Assembly: GCA_973895155.1 (NCBI GenBank)
Contig: OZ316896.1
Coordinates: 6,748,166 to 6,812,165, forward strand
Reading direction: 5' to 3'
DNA: 64,000 nucleotides
Source: Marsupella aquatica
Lineage: Eukaryota; Plantae; Marchantiophyta
The first letter of the stretch is position 1. Each line of letters begins with the position of its first letter. Below are positions 62,205 through 64,000 of this stretch, in pieces. The notes under the pieces are model-generated. The model was not told the DNA's origin. It worked only from the letters and a program-made list of their open reading frames with translations, and did not search any database. Position numbers and translations under genes: made by a program.

Positions 62205-63571
62205 ATTACAAGGTACCTCTCCCCCCCAACACTAGGAGTGAAATGTAGAGTGGAGAGGATGGGTAAATGTACTTCATCAGGGTGCCAGGTAAGAAGTTCA
62301 TTAAGGCGAGAGGTTTGGTCACCCATAGTAGGAACAGTATGCATCTGGAAAAGAATACAAGTAACCAAAAGCCATGTTAAAGCATTAAGATCCATGACTC
62401 TGCCAAGAAGAGAATTCCGCTCTAGCCTAGTCACTTTAACATGACCAGTAGTGCCAGTTTGGAAACCCATAGCTTGCTCTCGCTCCTCCAGGCTTGGCTC
62501 ATCCCATGTATCCAAAGCGTGACGGTAGACCAGCCCTGGTCTATCCCCTTGGAAGGCATGGGCGCCAGGAAACAAAACAAAGGTAGGCCAAGCACCTCTT
62601 GGCTCCCCAATGGTGTTAGCAGGGTACCAAGGTGCTCTCTCTTGCCGAGTGACGGGCTGACAAGAGCTATTAGCATCCAAAATCTGGTGCAACTGTAATG
62701 TAGGGTCCCTGACCGTATGTTTTAGAGCCAATTGTAGTAAGCAAACCGGTGCAATATTGGTCCAGAAATTATGCAAACAATGCGCATAAGACCCACATTG
62801 GGCTGCATCAATTAAGAACGGTGGACCAAGATAGTGTTGGACTAGAATCTGAAAATCCTCTTGGATGTTCTTCCGCTGGTCAAATTGAGAGGGTGTGTTC
62901 TCAATGACATAACCAACAGCAGGGTAAAGAGCCTGGGCCCAATTGAGTATTTGTACCAGGTCCATGAAGAGCCTTGATCGGGGATCACTCAAACAAGCTG
63001 CAGAACCTGCAACAGAGAAACCTTGGCATGCCCAGCCAGCAATGATGAGGTCCAAGGAACCAAGTAGCTCAATGTGTTTCTGTTGTAGCAACTGAACATC
63101 AGGAGGAAAGAGAGTGAAGCTTGCCTTCCATGCACTAGGTGGAAATTGTTGTGGGAATTCCAACATCCGTGATTGAGCCACCTTCCTTGCATATGGGTCA
63201 GTGTCCACATAGATGTACCTCTTCGCCATCATGCCAGACTACAAGACCCCCTCTAGGCCTGTAGAAATGCCACCAAAAAGCTCCAGCAAGGTAATGCCAT
63301 CTTGAGGAGGTGTCCAAGTGATTAGTGTGCTCAAGATTGGGAAGATGGGCTGGCCATGGCTTTGTAGGCCCTCACATTGCTGTAGAGCAATAGTCAATGG
63401 TCCATGGGCAGCTCTTAGCCGTTGGACAACCTCAGGTTGAGGGGCTAACTCAGTAGGTGCAACCAGTAAGCTCTCATTGGCTTGTGTGGTAGCCAACTCC
63501 TCTTCATCTTCTTCAATCCAATTGTGCAATGAATGGTTGACATAGGAGACTGTATGCACCTCTTGCAACAC
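62201..63571 (-). pseudogene. C5-cytosine DNA methyltransferase domain within the Gypsy pol region
   Basis: Motif I LLELFGGISTG; II YVDTD; III PDV; IV DLIIAGWACQGFS; V DPRSRLF; VI IENT; VIII AHCLHNFW; IX-X EQAMGF..G.T...R..LLG. ORFs 63239-63571 and 62201-63232 share a frame across one TAG. Confidence 0.88.
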
Positions 63572-64000
63572 ACAGTAGTGAGCACTAGGGATATGCTCTT
63601 AAACGCCTACTTCGACCTTGCGATTAATGGCCATTTAACTACCTTCTCCTCAGTAATCTCATTTAAACGATTAACCGACCTTCGAGAGGCGGCACTCCGT
63701 CTATCTCGACACAGTCCCCGTAAGTGAATCCGACCAAGTGCTCTTGAATGTCGAGTTCCATCTTCCACTTCTTAGGCACTTCAGCCTCGGCCAACACTAA
63801 CCCCTCTCTATACACAATCTCAATGAACCCACACCACTCGCGGTAAGTCATCAAGCAAATCGGAATGTTCTCGTATAGTAACTGACGGGAAATAAGATGG
63901 GTGCTGATAGAACAGATCCACAGTTCCAGTGATCTTAAGGTAATCAAGGAGCAAGACTTGTCGTCACTGCTGTCTGCGTTCATGGTTTTTAGTAGCCGTG

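Larger units (their letters stand above)
60410..63571 (-). mobile_element. Ty3/Gypsy LTR-retrotransposon internal fragment: DNMT-RT-RNase H; integrase and LTRs not seen
   Basis: KRMCGDYRPLN, VDLRQGFNQ, MPFGLKNAP, YIDD, LHTDWS, YASRS, TDH-like IDHQPL, KLARW, NADTMSR. Several frameshifts. Confidence 0.9.

Noticed and set aside
63572-64000. 106-aa ORF 63663-63983 as Gypsy gag or protease
   Set aside because: No D(S/T)G or zinc-knuckle motif, it is not continuous with the DNMT frame, and the window ends.

Overview
Eukaryotic, transposon-saturated plant DNA (TTTAGGG repeats, GT-AG introns, CACTA/MULE/LINE/Ty3-Gypsy elements, an RPL18a fragment); a non-seed land plant is my guess, not proven. No ordinary host gene is intact. 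Left (0.8-14.4 kb): a decayed gene combining a beta-class amino-methyltransferase-like domain with an FCP1/NIF HAD domain, a decayed Mutator-like transposase (GCM-like DBD, DDE, SWIM) and a divergently transcribed ParB/Srx-like gene, with about 15 copies of the palindrome TAGCGC-N3-GCGCTA in the non-coding DNA. Centre: a full-length LINE (ORF1, APE-RT) split by an apparently intact 18.2-kb CACTA element (16787-35030, TSD CAG) that carries Cys-rich, EDM2/NSD-like PHD, tandem-BRCT and RPL18a cargo. An older inverted CACTA copy (37439-59822) contains further insertions; two LINE copies in it have (TTTAGGG)n on the first-strand cDNA strand at hairpin sites. Right end: a decayed Ty3/Gypsy pol with a C5-cytosine DNA methyltransferase directly upstream of RT. 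All domain calls are by eye from motifs; no database searches were run.
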